From Acidobacteriota bacterium (GTDB lineage: Bacteria; Acidobacteriota; UBA6911), in the NCBI GenBank assembly GCA_963664705.1, contig OY761556.1:3488001-3552000 (forward strand): 64,000 nucleotides of DNA, given 5' to 3'. Shown piece after piece: positions 22,309-32,659 of this stretch. Made by a program: the position numbers and the translations under genes. Numbering within the stretch: the stretch's first letter is position 1; each line of letters begins with the position of its first letter. The notes under the pieces were generated by a model. That model did no database searches, was not told the DNA's origin, and worked only from the letters and a program-made list of their open reading frames with translations.

Positions 22309-22836
22309 ATGACAATAAACAAGCGGAACCTGATTCTATGCGGCTTTATGGCCACGGGCAAATCGTCGGTCGGGAAAAAACTGGCTTCGCTTGTCGGATA
22401 TGACTTCCTCGATATGGATGCATCGATTGAGGCGGAAGAGGGGATCTCCATTCCACGGATATTCGCGGAACGGGGCGAAGCGGCGTTCCGAGCGCTGGAA
22501 TGCGCCCTGGTGGAACGCCTCGCGAGTCGATGCGGCCTTGTGATCGCAACCGGCGGCGGGACCATCGTAAACCCGCTGAATCTGGAAAAGCTGAAAGGCT
22601 GCGGGATTCTTATTAATCTCACCGCCGACATTGACACCATCATTGCGCGCGCCGGATCCGGAGAAGACAGGCCAATGCTGCAGCAGGGCGATCGGCGGGA
22701 GAGGATTGAAAAGCTATTGGAACAGCGTGCATCGTCCTATGCTCAGGCCGATCTTGCCGTCGACACATCGTCGCTTTCTATTGAAGATGTCGCAAAGCTG
22801 ATCCTGGATTGTTTACGGGAAAGCGGCCGCCTGTAG
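22309..22836 (+). CDS. aroK: Shikimate kinase
   Basis: 'GFMATGKSSVG', 'GEAAFRALE', 'VIATGGG', 'RPML'. Confidence 0.93.
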   Translation: MTINKRNLILCGFMATGKSSVGKKLASLVGYDFLDMDASIEAEEGISIPRIFAERGEAAFRALECALVERLASRCGLVIATGGGTIVNPLNLEKLKGCGILINLTADIDTIIARAGSGEDRPMLQQGDRRERIEKLLEQRASSYAQADLAVDTSSLSIEDVAKLILDCLRESGRL

Positions 22837-22938
22837 CCTTCCCTCAACCATACATATATACATATACACCAATTATCCACACCAAAACACGAAACCTCCC
22901 GGATTCCGGTAACCCTTCAGGCTTCAAAAGGTACCGTT

Positions 22939-23397
22939 CTATGCCTTCCGGTCGGCACTCCTGTCCTGCAGCATCCCTATCAAAGCAAGAATACCGCTGG
23001 TATAGCTGCGAATCCCAAGACCCGCGATGCACCCCGCAACCACCGGAGAAATGACGGAGTGATTTCGGAATCCCTCGCGCGAGTAAATGTTGGACAGATG
23101 CACTTCTATGGCGGGAAGGTGGACCGCCGACAAGGCATCGCGAATCGCATAGGAGTAGTGCGAGTAGGCTCCAGGGTTGATGACGATTCCATCTGCCCAT
23201 TTGTAGGCACCCTGAATCGCATCAATCAGCGCTCCTTCGCTGTTGGATTGAAAGGTGCGAACCTCCGCCCCATACTCCGCTGCCAGCTTTTTCATCCGCG
23301 CATCGATTTCGTCCAGAGTCAATGTTCCATACACCTCCGGTTCCCGCGTTCCCAGCATGTTCAGGTTGGGTCCATGGATGAGTAGAATTTTGAACAC
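22939..23397 (-). CDS. aroQ: Type II 3-dehydroquinate dehydratase
   Basis: '[17 protein letters not shown]', 'QSNSEG', '[10 protein letters not shown]', 'EVHLSN..SREGFR'. Confidence 0.96.
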   Translation of the reverse strand: MFKILLIHGPNLNMLGTREPEVYGTLTLDEIDARMKKLAAEYGAEVRTFQSNSEGALIDAIQGAYKWADGIVINPGAYSHYSYAIRDALSAVHLPAIEVHLSNIYSREGFRNHSVISPVVAGCIAGLGIRSYTSGILALIGMLQDRSADRKA

Positions 23398-23421
23398 GGC
23401 CGTTCCTCCTTCGGAAAATTG

Positions 23422-24435
23422 CTATGCAATCTCAATGTGAATCTTGCCCGCTCCGCCAGTGCCGGCAAACTTCAAGGCTTCTCCCAGTTTTCCCAAAGGA
23501 AATGTGTGGGTGACAACGCTTGCCGGATGCAGCGCTCCCTTGGCTACCATGCCAATGACATATTCAAAGTCGGACGGATGATCATAAATCATCGAGGTGC
23601 GAATATTGATTCCTTCGCGTACCAGTTTCATCGGGTAGAAACTGGCGGCCGTCGATGAAAGCCCCAGGAGAATCACCTGGGCCCCGCGCGGCACTGCACT
23701 CAGAGCCAGTTCCACGGTGGGCGTTACGCCGGCACACTCAAAAACCGAACTGACGTTTTCCGCCAGCCACAAGCGACCGATATCCTCCGATTCAGAAGGA
23801 ATAATGGCACCGAGCTTTTCCGCCATCTTCTGCTTCTCGGGAAGCCGGTCGTGCGCGATCACGCGCACTCCCGCGGCCGCCGCGGCATGTACCAGCAGCA
23901 AACCTACAACGCCGCATCCAAGGACTGCAACCGTATCCCCGGCCTTGGCCCCGGATACCAACAGCCCGTGCATGGAAACCGTTAACGGCTCGATGGTAGC
24001 GGCATCGAAATCGGAAATCCCATCCGGAATCGACCAGACAAATTCAGCCGGCGCCAGCGTTCTCTGAGCAAAACAACCTGGATCATTGACACCCATGCTG
24101 ATCTTCTGCGCGCAAACGGCACCACGACCGGAACGACAGAGCGCGCATTTTCCGCACGGATAGTTGGGCTCCACAATAACGCGTTGCCCGAGACGGAATT
24201 TTGTGACCCCCTCGCCCAAGGCAACCACGCGGCCCATCAGCTCATGCCCGAGGATGAATGGATAAGGAACCGAGCGGTGGCCCGCAAAAATCGAAATGTC
24301 GGTTCCGCAGATTCCGGCAATGGCGGGCTGAATTAAAACCTCACCCGCCGCGGGTTGCAGTTCCGCCGCGGTTTCAATGACAATTTTCTCAGGAGCAAGC
24401 AGCAACGCAGCTTTCATATGAACCTCCGAATCCAT
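23422..24435 (-). CDS. Zinc-dependent medium-chain alcohol dehydrogenase
   Basis: 'GICGTD', 'LGHE', 'CGKCALC...C' structural zinc site, GCGVVG NAD motif. Confidence 0.92.
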   Translation of the reverse strand: MDSEVHMKAALLLAPEKIVIETAAELQPAAGEVLIQPAIAGICGTDISIFAGHRSVPYPFILGHELMGRVVALGEGVTKFRLGQRVIVEPNYPCGKCALCRSGRGAVCAQKISMGVNDPGCFAQRTLAPAEFVWSIPDGISDFDAATIEPLTVSMHGLLVSGAKAGDTVAVLGCGVVGLLLVHAAAAAGVRVIAHDRLPEKQKMAEKLGAIIPSESEDIGRLWLAENVSSVFECAGVTPTVELALSAVPRGAQVILLGLSSTAASFYPMKLVREGINIRTSMIYDHPSDFEYVIGMVAKGALHPASVVTHTFPLGKLGEALKFAGTGGAGKIHIEIA

Positions 24436-24609
24436 CAGCGCTTCCTGAGTAGCCTAACACAGGAGTCTGCTTCCGTTGGTGAAATATCACAGCGCGGGCA
24501 CTAGTGCAAACGCATCATAAAATTATCAAGCGCAAATTGACGAACCGTGCTAGAATTCACACGGCAGCAGAAAATTCAGGACTAAATATTTGTTGGAGGA
24601 TTTCAAACA

Positions 24610-24912
24610 ATGTCCTTTAAGATCATCGAAGAATGCATCAATTGTGGTGCTTGCCAGCCCGAATGCCCTAATGCGGCGATTTACGCCGGCGGCGAAGATT
24701 ATGAACTCAACGGTAAGACACTGCCCGCTCTTTCGCAGGATTTTCATTATATAGTGCCCGAGAAATGCACCGAATGCATCGGATTCCACGACGATCCGAT
24801 GTGCGCGTCCGTGTGCCCGACAGACTCTTGCCAGAAGGATCCGGAAAAGGCCGAGACGAAGGAAGCTCTTTTGGCAAAGGCAAAGGCGCTGCATCCCGAT
24901 AAAAGTTTTTAG
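24610..24912 (+). CDS. 2[4Fe-4S] ferredoxin (YfhL-like)
   Basis: 'CINCGACQPECPN' and 'CTECIGFHDDPMCASVCP'. Confidence 0.93.
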   Translation: MSFKIIEECINCGACQPECPNAAIYAGGEDYELNGKTLPALSQDFHYIVPEKCTECIGFHDDPMCASVCPTDSCQKDPEKAETKEALLAKAKALHPDKSF

Positions 24913-25337
24913 TAAATCTATGAATCCGTCAGGAGCTCGCAGATAAAACGCACGCCTGCTGTCTGCGAGCTTCTTCGATTCTTGCGGTCATCCCGGCTGA
25001 GGTGTATTGGTATGCCCGGCCGGACACTGCAGCCTGCCGCTATCGCATTTCCCCCAAAACATCATTCTCCCACGCACTTTTGCTCCATAGTATATCCACA
25101 CTAACTGCTTCCTCGCCTCCTGACTCACAATGACAGTGCCTAATACTCCATACCTATATACGTATATACATAAAATCTTGAGGAGCCGAACTGCCGCCGT
25201 CATTGTTTCCAAAAACAAGGGCAATGCGACGCGAGATGGCCTAAAATAGAAGTAACTGGAGGCAAAGTCTCCCCCTCTACTTCGAGTCCTTCTGAATTTC
25301 ATCTCGGCTTGCATATAGGTGCAAAACGGAGGGAATC

Positions 25338-26072
25338 ATGGATCACTCACAAACAGATGTTACGGCACGCATTTCGGAACGCCAGATGCGTTTGTGGAAT
25401 GCGCTTCATCGCGGGAAACGGGAATCCGAATCGGGAACTCCCGGAAAATCTTCGTACAGGTTCCTGACACTTTCACGAGATGAAGGAAGTCTGGGGAATG
25501 AAATAGCGACCAAACTCGCCGCGCGCCTGAAATGGCACGTGTTTGATCGGGAGATTTTAAATTATATCGCCCAGAACAATCATGTTCGGGAGGACATGGT
25601 CGGTCAACTGGATGAGAAATCGCAAGGGCTCATGCATGAGGCTATCCTGCGTCTTCTACGAATGCCCGAAAGCGCTCCCTTCGGTCTGGAGGAGTATCAC
25701 GAGTCACTGCTCAAAACACTGGCAATGATCGCATCCCGCGGTGAAGCCGTGATGATCGGGCGCGGCGCCAATTTCGCGCTGCGCGACACGAACCAGGGAC
25801 TGCACGTACGCATCACCGGATCGTTTGAGATTCGATTGCACCGGGAATGCGAACGACTCCAATGGCCGATGGATAAAGTTCGAGCGGATCTGGCGGCCCG
25901 GGATGCAGACCGTCGCCAGTTTATCCGCTACCATTTCAAAAAGGATTTCGATGACCCGAGGTATTACGACATCAGCTTTAACACAGATACATTATCCGTG
26001 GAACAGATCGTGGAAGCGATCGATTCCATGATGCATCAAACCAATCCACTAGAGGAAAAGCAGGCTTCGTAG
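25338..26072 (+). CDS. Cytidylate kinase-like family protein
   Basis: 'LTLSRDEGSLG', 'VMIGRGANF', 'RDADRRQFIRYHF...YYDISFNT'. Confidence 0.85.
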   Translation: MDHSQTDVTARISERQMRLWNALHRGKRESESGTPGKSSYRFLTLSRDEGSLGNEIATKLAARLKWHVFDREILNYIAQNNHVREDMVGQLDEKSQGLMHEAILRLLRMPESAPFGLEEYHESLLKTLAMIASRGEAVMIGRGANFALRDTNQGLHVRITGSFEIRLHRECERLQWPMDKVRADLAARDADRRQFIRYHFKKDFDDPRYYDISFNTDTLSVEQIVEAIDSMMHQTNPLEEKQAS

Positions 26073-26341
26073 GGAGGCACATGGGGAGAATTTTCACTCG
26101 ATGAATTAAATACATTATTCCGGATCCCTGCCGATACGTAGAAATACGTAGCATCGATTGGCTACTGATACCTACACCAAGTTGAGCAGTTTGGCGAATT
26201 GATCCTGAAAGTGTTTGGCGCTTGAATGAAATTGACGTCAGGGCACGTCAAGCATCTCGCCCTCGCGACAAGGCCATTCAGGAATTCAAACAGGTTGCAT
26301 TTGCCGGAAACTTGCAGCGAAAGACAGAACGGAGAGGGACC

Positions 26342-26533
26342 ATGAGTACATGCAGCTTCAAACGGCTAGTTCAATTGTTGGACAAACAGCTGAATCTCGA
26401 TGAAAAACTCGAAGTGTTGGAGCATCTCGATAAGTGCTCCATCTGCAGAGATGCCATTTACCAGATATCCCGGGACCGCGATGAAGCCTACTTCGTGCAC
26501 CGGCCCTACAAAGTGGAAAAGATCGTCGCCTAG
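26342..26533 (+). CDS. Small zinc-finger (zf-HC2/ZAS-like) protein
   Basis: 63 aa from ATG 26342 after a GGAGAGG RBS; N-terminal Cys plus 'EHLDKCSIC' (HxxxCxxC). Confidence 0.7.
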   Translation: MSTCSFKRLVQLLDKQLNLDEKLEVLEHLDKCSICRDAIYQISRDRDEAYFVHRPYKVEKIVA

Positions 26534-26761
26534 ATCCGACGACCCGGTTTTGCCGTTACCGCTATTTTATCGACCACCGCATCCTCTTGCGCGAAGCGCG
26601 GAATAACATTTTTATCCGCGTCCCCTTGCGGCCCGCGGTCTTGACCCAACCACACCGCACGCCATATTACCTCCAAGACTTATTCGTGATAGCCGATTCT
26701 CCACACGGGACTGGTGCTATAATCCCCGCATACCAGACAGTATTTCAAACAGGAGCAGGCT

Positions 26762-29700
26762 ATGTTCGTACTCTTGATAGTACTGGCAGTCTTCCTGGCT
26801 GTCCTCTGGTCCAAAGTAAGCCAAAATTCCGCACAGATGCGATTCCTCGAAGAACAGCTCGCGCTTCTGCAAAACCGGATCGAGGGGTTGTCCCGCACTG
26901 TGAGGGAGCTTAGCTCCGGACCCAGGCCTGAATCAGCGCCGGAAAATATCGAAAAACGCCAAGAGCCGGCTCCACCGCCTGCAAAAACAGCTGCCCCGGA
27001 AGCAGCACCGAAAGTCGAACCGCAGATTCTGAAGCCGGCGGCCGCGAAGCCTCCGTCGCCTCCATCCCCCCCGCCCGTGCCCGTGGCACAACCCATCTCA
27101 GCGGCCGTGACTGGACCGCATGCCCCTGAGGTCCAGAAACAACCTCCGGGAGCAGCCATCCCGCTCCGACCTGCGCTCAGGAAACTGCCCAAATTCGATT
27201 GGGAAAGCCTGGTGGGGGTAAAGCTCTTTTCCTGGATTGCCGGCGTCGCTTTGCTGCTGGCGGTTGTATTTTTCCTGCGCTATTCGATCAATCAGGGCTG
27301 GTTGATGCCCAAGGTTCGCATGACCATCGGGATCATCATCGGCATCGGGCTTCTGGCGCTTTGTGAACTCAAAGCTGCACGCCGCTATCCGGTAACCGCC
27401 AACGCCATGGATGCATCCGCGATAGCAATTTTGTTTTCCACATTCTATGCGGCGCGCGCTCTCTGGGACCTGGTTGGCGCCATCCCCGCCTTTATCCTGA
27501 TGGTCCTCGTTACGGCCATCGCGGTATGGCTCTCCATACGGCGCGATTCCGCCTTCATCGCCCTGCTTGGTCTCCTCGGCGGGTTTGCTACCCCTGCCCT
27601 TCTTTCTACGGGAGAAAACAAGCCCATCTCGCTTTTTGCCTATCTCCTTTTATTAAACGCGGGACTGGCATGGGTGGCCACGAAAAAGAAGTGGCCTCTC
27701 TTGATGACTCTCAGCCTGATTTTTACCGTCTTCTATCAGTGGGGTTGGGTGATCCGATTTCTTACCGATGCCCAACTCCCGGTTGCCTTGGGTATTTTCC
27801 TGGTCTTTCCAATACTGGCCTTCGTCGTTGCCGCTTTCGGTCGTGGCCAGGGTAACAAGGGATGGATCTCGCTGTATGGCCAGACTGCCAATATCACGGC
27901 CTTGCTGCCGCTCTTGTTCAATCTGTATCTGGCAGCAGTCCCGGCCTATGGACACCGCTATATTCTTCTCTTCAGCTTTCTCCTTCTTCTCGATGCGGGC
28001 CTTTTCATCATTGCAGCGATACGCGGCCCCGAGATACTGCACCTCGTTGGAGGTTTGTCGACGCTGCTGATTCCGGCAATCTGGCTGTGGCGCTCCTATG
28101 AAAGCAGCGCATGGCCATCCCTGCTTGTTTTCCTGGTTCTTCTCACATTCCTTTATCTCTTCGCCCCGCTTGCGGCTCAGCGGCTCCGCCATGGATTCCA
28201 TGATGCAGGCCGCTGGGCCGTGTTTACGGCGCCTGTTATTCTTTTTGCATTTCCGGCACTCGTGATCATGGAGCCGGCATGCGCAAATCCCTCGATCCTT
28301 TTCGGGGTTCTGCTGATTCTTCTACTCGCCGTTTCCGGATATGCAATCCTCGCGGAAACAGGGCCCGCCTATTTCATTGCCGCGGTCTTTGCGCTATTGA
28401 CCGAAGCCTTGTGGGCCGGCATGTATCTGACTCCCGACCGCCTGATTCCAGGGCTTGCCATCTTTTCCATTTTCGGTTTGGTGTATATTGCCGTGCCCGC
28501 GCTCGCGCGTAGATGGGAGAAGAAGCTTCAGCCCGAAGTGGCCGGGCCGCTGCTTCTGTTGCTCAGCATAGCCCTTCTTTTTTTCCTGTCGATGGGAACA
28601 ATGGCCTCCGCCGCAATCTGGGGACTGGCAGTGCTCCTGCTCCTGTTGAACATTGGACTGCTATGGCATGGGGAGCCCCTCGTGGCTCTTGTCGGAATGA
28701 TCCTTTCCTGGTTTATCCTTGCTTCACTATGGCGCAGCCTGTCACTGGACAGCGATTTAATTCCGGCACTGATCGTGATGGGAAGCTTTGCCCTGTTCGT
28801 CCTGGCAGGAAACATATGGCTGCAGAAGAAATCGCCGGGGGGAACTCCGGAAAGCGGCGTTTTCCTCGGATTGACCGGGCACCTGTTCCTGGCGTTCCTG
28901 GCCACGCAGGCATCTCTGGCCATCCCGCCATGGCCGCTGTTCAGCGTCCTTCTGATTCTCGATCTGGCAATTGGTATGTCCGCCCTGTACCTCAGGCGCG
29001 ATGAGCTTCACAGGGCAGCCATGGTGGCGTCCGCATTTGTTTTGATGATCTGGGTCGTCACTGCAAAGGTCTATCCCTGGCCGGGTATTGCGATCCTGTG
29101 TGCGGCCGGGCTTTCTCTTTTCAGTTTTATCTGGATCTACCTGGCCAGGCGGACCAGCACCGATTCCGATCCATACTCGGTCACCACTGCCATTGCCTTG
29201 TTTATGGCGCAAGTTGCGACGATTGTCGCAGCCATGCAACCCGGAGTTCCCAGCGTCGGGTACCTGCTCCTGGCTCACATGGTGTTTCTGATTGCTCTGA
29301 TGGCTCTCGCGTGGCCACGCCGTCATCAATATGTGTTGATTGCGGTCTTCCCAACAGCCATCGCGGTTACATTCTGGATTCTCGGGCATGCCGGACCTGA
29401 GTTCTGGCTGCAACAACTGCTCTTTGCTGCACCGGTATACCTTCTGTTCATCGCCTACCCTCTCCTTTTGGGCCGTCGCGCCGAAAGATCGGTGCAACCC
29501 TATCTGGCCGCCGTTCTGGCTAGCATTCCATTCTTCTTCCAGGCCAGGCATGCCATGCTGCAGGCAGGCTGGGAAGGCTTCATCGGCATTCTACCGGTCC
29601 TGCAGGCACTCCTGATGGGCAGCCTTGTGCTCCGGTTGCTGCGCATGGAACCACGCGCTGGCCGTGCGCTCGGACGCCTTGCATTCGTATCAGGAGCAGC

Positions 29701-30433
29701 GCTTGCCTTTATTACAGTGGCGATACCTCTGCAGCTTGAAAAGGAGTGGATCACCATCGGATGGGCGTTGGAGGGCGCTGCACTGTCCTGGCTATACAGA
29801 AAAATACCGCACAAAGGACTGCTTTACACGGCGGCTGGACTATTTACGGCTGTATTTGTCCGCCTGGCTTTGAATCCTTTCGTTCTTACCTATGCGGAAC
29901 GAAGTGATATTCGAATCTGGAACTGGTACCTGTACACCTACCTCCTGTCGGCCGCAGCCATGATTGTCGGGAGTCGGCTCCTGGCAAAAACAAAGGATGG
30001 GCTTCTTTCCGACTCGATTTCCCTTTCAAAGCTGACCCCTGGTGGCGCGGTCATTTTGCTCTTTCTGCTGCTGAATATTGAAATCGCCGCTTACTATTCC
30101 ATCGGCCCTACAATCACATTTAACTTCTCCGCAACGCTCGCACAGGATCTCACCTATACCTTGGGATGGGCTTTGTTCGCCGTTGCCTTGCTGGCCGTGG
30201 GCATTATGTTCCGCAACCAGTCGGCCCGTATCGCTTCCCTGGGATTGCTCGTCGCTACCAGCGTGAAATGCTTCATCCACGACCTTGCCAGGCTTGGAGA
30301 GTTGTACCGCGTCATGTCATTTGTCGGCCTTGGCGTATGCCTTGCACTCGTTGCCCTGGCGCTGCAGAAGTTTGTTTTCGCCGCGCGGAAGAAGGAAGGA
30401 GAAGCCGCGGAGACGGGAAACCCGGAAAGATAA
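26762..30433 (+). CDS. DUF2339-type large polytopic membrane protein
   Basis: Pro-rich linker then 'WESLVGVKLFSWIAG', 'LGLLGGFATP.LLSTG', 'ITIGWALEG', and C-terminal 'YRVMSFVGLG'; many transmembrane segments. Confidence 0.85.
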   Translation: MFVLLIVLAVFLAVLWSKVSQNSAQMRFLEEQLALLQNRIEGLSRTVRELSSGPRPESAPENIEKRQEPAPPPAKTAAPEAAPKVEPQILKPAAAKPPSPPSPPPVPVAQPISAAVTGPHAPEVQKQPPGAAIPLRPALRKLPKFDWESLVGVKLFSWIAGVALLLAVVFFLRYSINQGWLMPKVRMTIGIIIGIGLLALCELKAARRYPVTANAMDASAIAILFSTFYAARALWDLVGAIPAFILMVLVTAIAVWLSIRRDSAFIALLGLLGGFATPALLSTGENKPISLFAYLLLLNAGLAWVATKKKWPLLMTLSLIFTVFYQWGWVIRFLTDAQLPVALGIFLVFPILAFVVAAFGRGQGNKGWISLYGQTANITALLPLLFNLYLAAVPAYGHRYILLFSFLLLLDAGLFIIAAIRGPEILHLVGGLSTLLIPAIWLWRSYESSAWPSLLVFLVLLTFLYLFAPLAAQRLRHGFHDAGRWAVFTAPVILFAFPALVIMEPACANPSILFGVLLILLLAVSGYAILAETGPAYFIAAVFALLTEALWAGMYLTPDRLIPGLAIFSIFGLVYIAVPALARRWEKKLQPEVAGPLLLLLSIALLFFLSMGTMASAAIWGLAVLLLLLNIGLLWHGEPLVALVGMILSWFILASLWRSLSLDSDLIPALIVMGSFALFVLAGNIWLQKKSPGGTPESGVFLGLTGHLFLAFLATQASLAIPPWPLFSVLLILDLAIGMSALYLRRDELHRAAMVASAFVLMIWVVTAKVYPWPGIAILCAAGLSLFSFIWIYLARRTSTDSDPYSVTTAIALFMAQVATIVAAMQPGVPSVGYLLLAHMVFLIALMALAWPRRHQYVLIAVFPTAIAVTFWILGHAGPEFWLQQLLFAAPVYLLFIAYPLLLGRRAERSVQPYLAAVLASIPFFFQARHAMLQAGWEGFIGILPVLQALLMGSLVLRLLRMEPRAGRALGRLAFVSGAALAFITVAIPLQLEKEWITIGWALEGAALSWLYRKIPHKGLLYTAAGLFTAVFVRLALNPFVLTYAERSDIRIWNWYLYTYLLSAAAMIVGSRLLAKTKDGLLSDSISLSKLTPGGAVILLFLLLNIEIAAYYSIGPTITFNFSATLAQDLTYTLGWALFAVALLAVGIMFRNQSARIASLGLLVATSVKCFIHDLARLGELYRVMSFVGLGVCLALVALALQKFVFAARKKEGEAAETGNPER

Positions 30434-30510
30434 CTCCACACGGGAAGGGAAATAATCCGACAGGATTCCAGCCGCTGTGCCGATTAGATGCGCAGCAGGG
30501 AGCGTATAGC

Positions 30511-31476
30511 GTGGGTACCTTTCGTTTTACAGTCGAGCATTTCTCCAGGGAACTTGCACCGGATCGTGCAAAGGCTCTGTTCAAGGCATCCGTTAATCAG
30601 ATTGAGATCGAGACGTTTACCTATTGCAACCGCACCTGCTGGTTTTGCCCGAATTCGAGAATCGATCGCCGATCCGAAAACAAATACATGGACGAAAGCC
30701 TGTATTTGCGCGTTCTTGATGAACTCGCGGCCATCGATTACGACAAAGTCATTACCTATAGCCGGTACAACGAGCCGCTGGCTGATCGAATTATTCTGAC
30801 TCGTCTTCGTCAGGCACGCCAGGCGCTGCCCAAAGCCTGTCTTTCCACCCACTCCAATGGCGATTACCTGAAGCGCGAGTACCTTGATGAACTCAGAGAT
30901 GCCGGGTTGAATCGGCTACGGGTCCAGGTCTATCTTGGCAACAAAGAAGAGCCTTTTGATGACCACAAGGTCCTGTTCCGAATGATTCAGAAACTGAAAA
31001 GCCTCGGACTGCCCTATAAGATGATCGCCGCATCCCAGGGAATCCGCTATCTGGCACAGGTCCATTATGAGGGAATGGAAGTCACGTTTGACGCCAGAAA
31101 TTTTGCGGAAATCGGCATTGACCGCGGACAAACCGTAACGCTGCCCAAAGTCTATGAGCGGAATTCACCGTGCCTGATCGTGTTTCAGCATTTGTACATC
31201 GATTATGACGGGACCGTCGTTCCCTGCTGCAATATTCGGTCGGATATACCCGAACATGCCCCCTACCTGATCGATCGCCTTGGTAAAGACCGGACAATTT
31301 ACCAGGCTTTTGCCAATAGTTCTCTGGTGGAATGGCGGCGATCGCTGGTCGGCTTCGGTCCTAAAAAGAAGCCGTGCAACACCTGCGGCTACGAATGCCT
31401 GGACGATACGCCTCAGATGCGCATGCAATTCGACGCCGTTGTTCGGCAGTTCGGCCTAAGCGAAACCCGAAACTAA
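30511..31476 (+). CDS. Radical SAM/SPASM(twitch)-domain protein
   Basis: 'IETFTYCNRTCWFC', 'YNEPL', 'SNGDYL', C-terminal 'C...IDYDGTVVPCC...CNTC'. GTG 30511 after AGGGAG chosen as start because the longer ORF overlaps the upstream gene. Confidence 0.85.
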   Translation: MGTFRFTVEHFSRELAPDRAKALFKASVNQIEIETFTYCNRTCWFCPNSRIDRRSENKYMDESLYLRVLDELAAIDYDKVITYSRYNEPLADRIILTRLRQARQALPKACLSTHSNGDYLKREYLDELRDAGLNRLRVQVYLGNKEEPFDDHKVLFRMIQKLKSLGLPYKMIAASQGIRYLAQVHYEGMEVTFDARNFAEIGIDRGQTVTLPKVYERNSPCLIVFQHLYIDYDGTVVPCCNIRSDIPEHAPYLIDRLGKDRTIYQAFANSSLVEWRRSLVGFGPKKKPCNTCGYECLDDTPQMRMQFDAVVRQFGLSETRN

Positions 31477-31550
31477 TCCATACATATCAACGAATGTCGC
31501 TGATTGAAATCCCGGCAGGATGGATTCCAGATTCCCGATTCCGGATCTTC

Positions 31551-31745
31551 TCACCGATCATGGCGGTGCGATTGAAAATCAGACACGGTTTCGTTCCTGG
31601 AGTGCTTCGACTTCTTCCCTTCCTCCGATAGAAAGTACTCGATCAGACGTCGAATCACTTCACCCATCTCGGTATTGTTGTCCACACACCAGTGTTTCAG
31701 CTGCTTATGAAGATCTTCCGGCAGATTCATACTGAATTTTTTCAT
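31551..31745 (-). CDS. Small ribbon-helix-helix (CopG/ParG-like) DNA-binding protein
   Basis: 'MKKFSMNLPEDLHKQLKHWCVDNNTEMGEVIRRLIEYFL': alternating beta strand followed by two helices, typical of RHH proteins. Confidence 0.75.
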   Translation of the reverse strand: MKKFSMNLPEDLHKQLKHWCVDNNTEMGEVIRRLIEYFLSEEGKKSKHSRNETVSDFQSHRHDR

Positions 31746-31918
31746 GTGAATACATATATACCTATATACGACGCGGGATCAATGGGTATTTTTTAAGCCG
31801 ACGGAATGCACGCCTTTGCAGCAGGTTAGACGTTATGCGGAATTACGCCCCATCAAGGAATTGAAAAAAGAACCTCCATCAGATAGGAATATGGGCACAA
31901 ACAAAACCGATTGGATGC

Positions 31919-32587
31919 ATGGAGGAAAACACCGTGAAAGTACTGGCCATTAATGGAAGTCCAAGGAAAAAGTGGAACACCGCCACATTGCTGCAGAAAG
32001 CCCTGGAAGGAGCGGCATCCCAGGGGGCAGCCACCGAGTTGGTTCATCTCTATGACCTTTCATTCCGTGGTTGTATCAGTTGCTTTTCCTGCAAGACACG
32101 AGGTGGCGCCAGCTATGGCCGCTGCGGATTCAAAGATGGCCTGTCACCCTTGCTGGACAAAATCCTGGCCTCTGATGTCCTCCTGCTGGGATCCCCGATT
32201 TATTTTGGAACCGTGACCGGAGAGATGCAGTCGTTCCAGGAACGCCTTCAGTTCCCGTTCCTGACCTACACGGACCCTCCGGCATCCATCTACCCGGGCA
32301 AAATCAGGACAGGCTTTATCTATACCTTTGGCGCCGATGAGGCCATGGCCAAAGAGCGCGGCTTCTCTGCACGGATTGAGGCAAACGAATTTATCCTGAA
32401 AATGATATTTGGGAATTGCGAATCGCTCTGCAGCTACGATACCTACCAGTTCGAAGATTACAGTAAGGTTTTTGCTCCGCGCTGGGATCCGGAGAAAAAG
32501 GCAAAACGAAAGGCGGAGGTTTTTCCTGAGGATTGCCGGCTCGCATTCGAGATGGGCAAAAGGCTGGCTTCCGGCGAGCCCGTGTAG
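31919..32587 (+). CDS. Iron-sulfur flavoprotein / NADPH-dependent FMN reductase family
   Basis: 'INGSPRKKWNT', 'GCISCFSC...C', 'LGSPIYFG'. Confidence 0.9.
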   Translation: MEENTVKVLAINGSPRKKWNTATLLQKALEGAASQGAATELVHLYDLSFRGCISCFSCKTRGGASYGRCGFKDGLSPLLDKILASDVLLLGSPIYFGTVTGEMQSFQERLQFPFLTYTDPPASIYPGKIRTGFIYTFGADEAMAKERGFSARIEANEFILKMIFGNCESLCSYDTYQFEDYSKVFAPRWDPEKKAKRKAEVFPEDCRLAFEMGKRLASGEPV

Positions 32588-32659
32588 CATTCCTGAATTT
32601 GCGATCAAGCAATGCTGGGAACTCCCGCATGAGCGGCGCTCCCAGCATTGCGCCCAGTC

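Noticed and set aside
30400-30480. Possible c-di-GMP riboswitch before the radical SAM gene (GGGAAACCCGGAAAG)
   Set aside because: It mostly lies within the DUF2339 coding end, and I could not build the two-stem GEMM structure.
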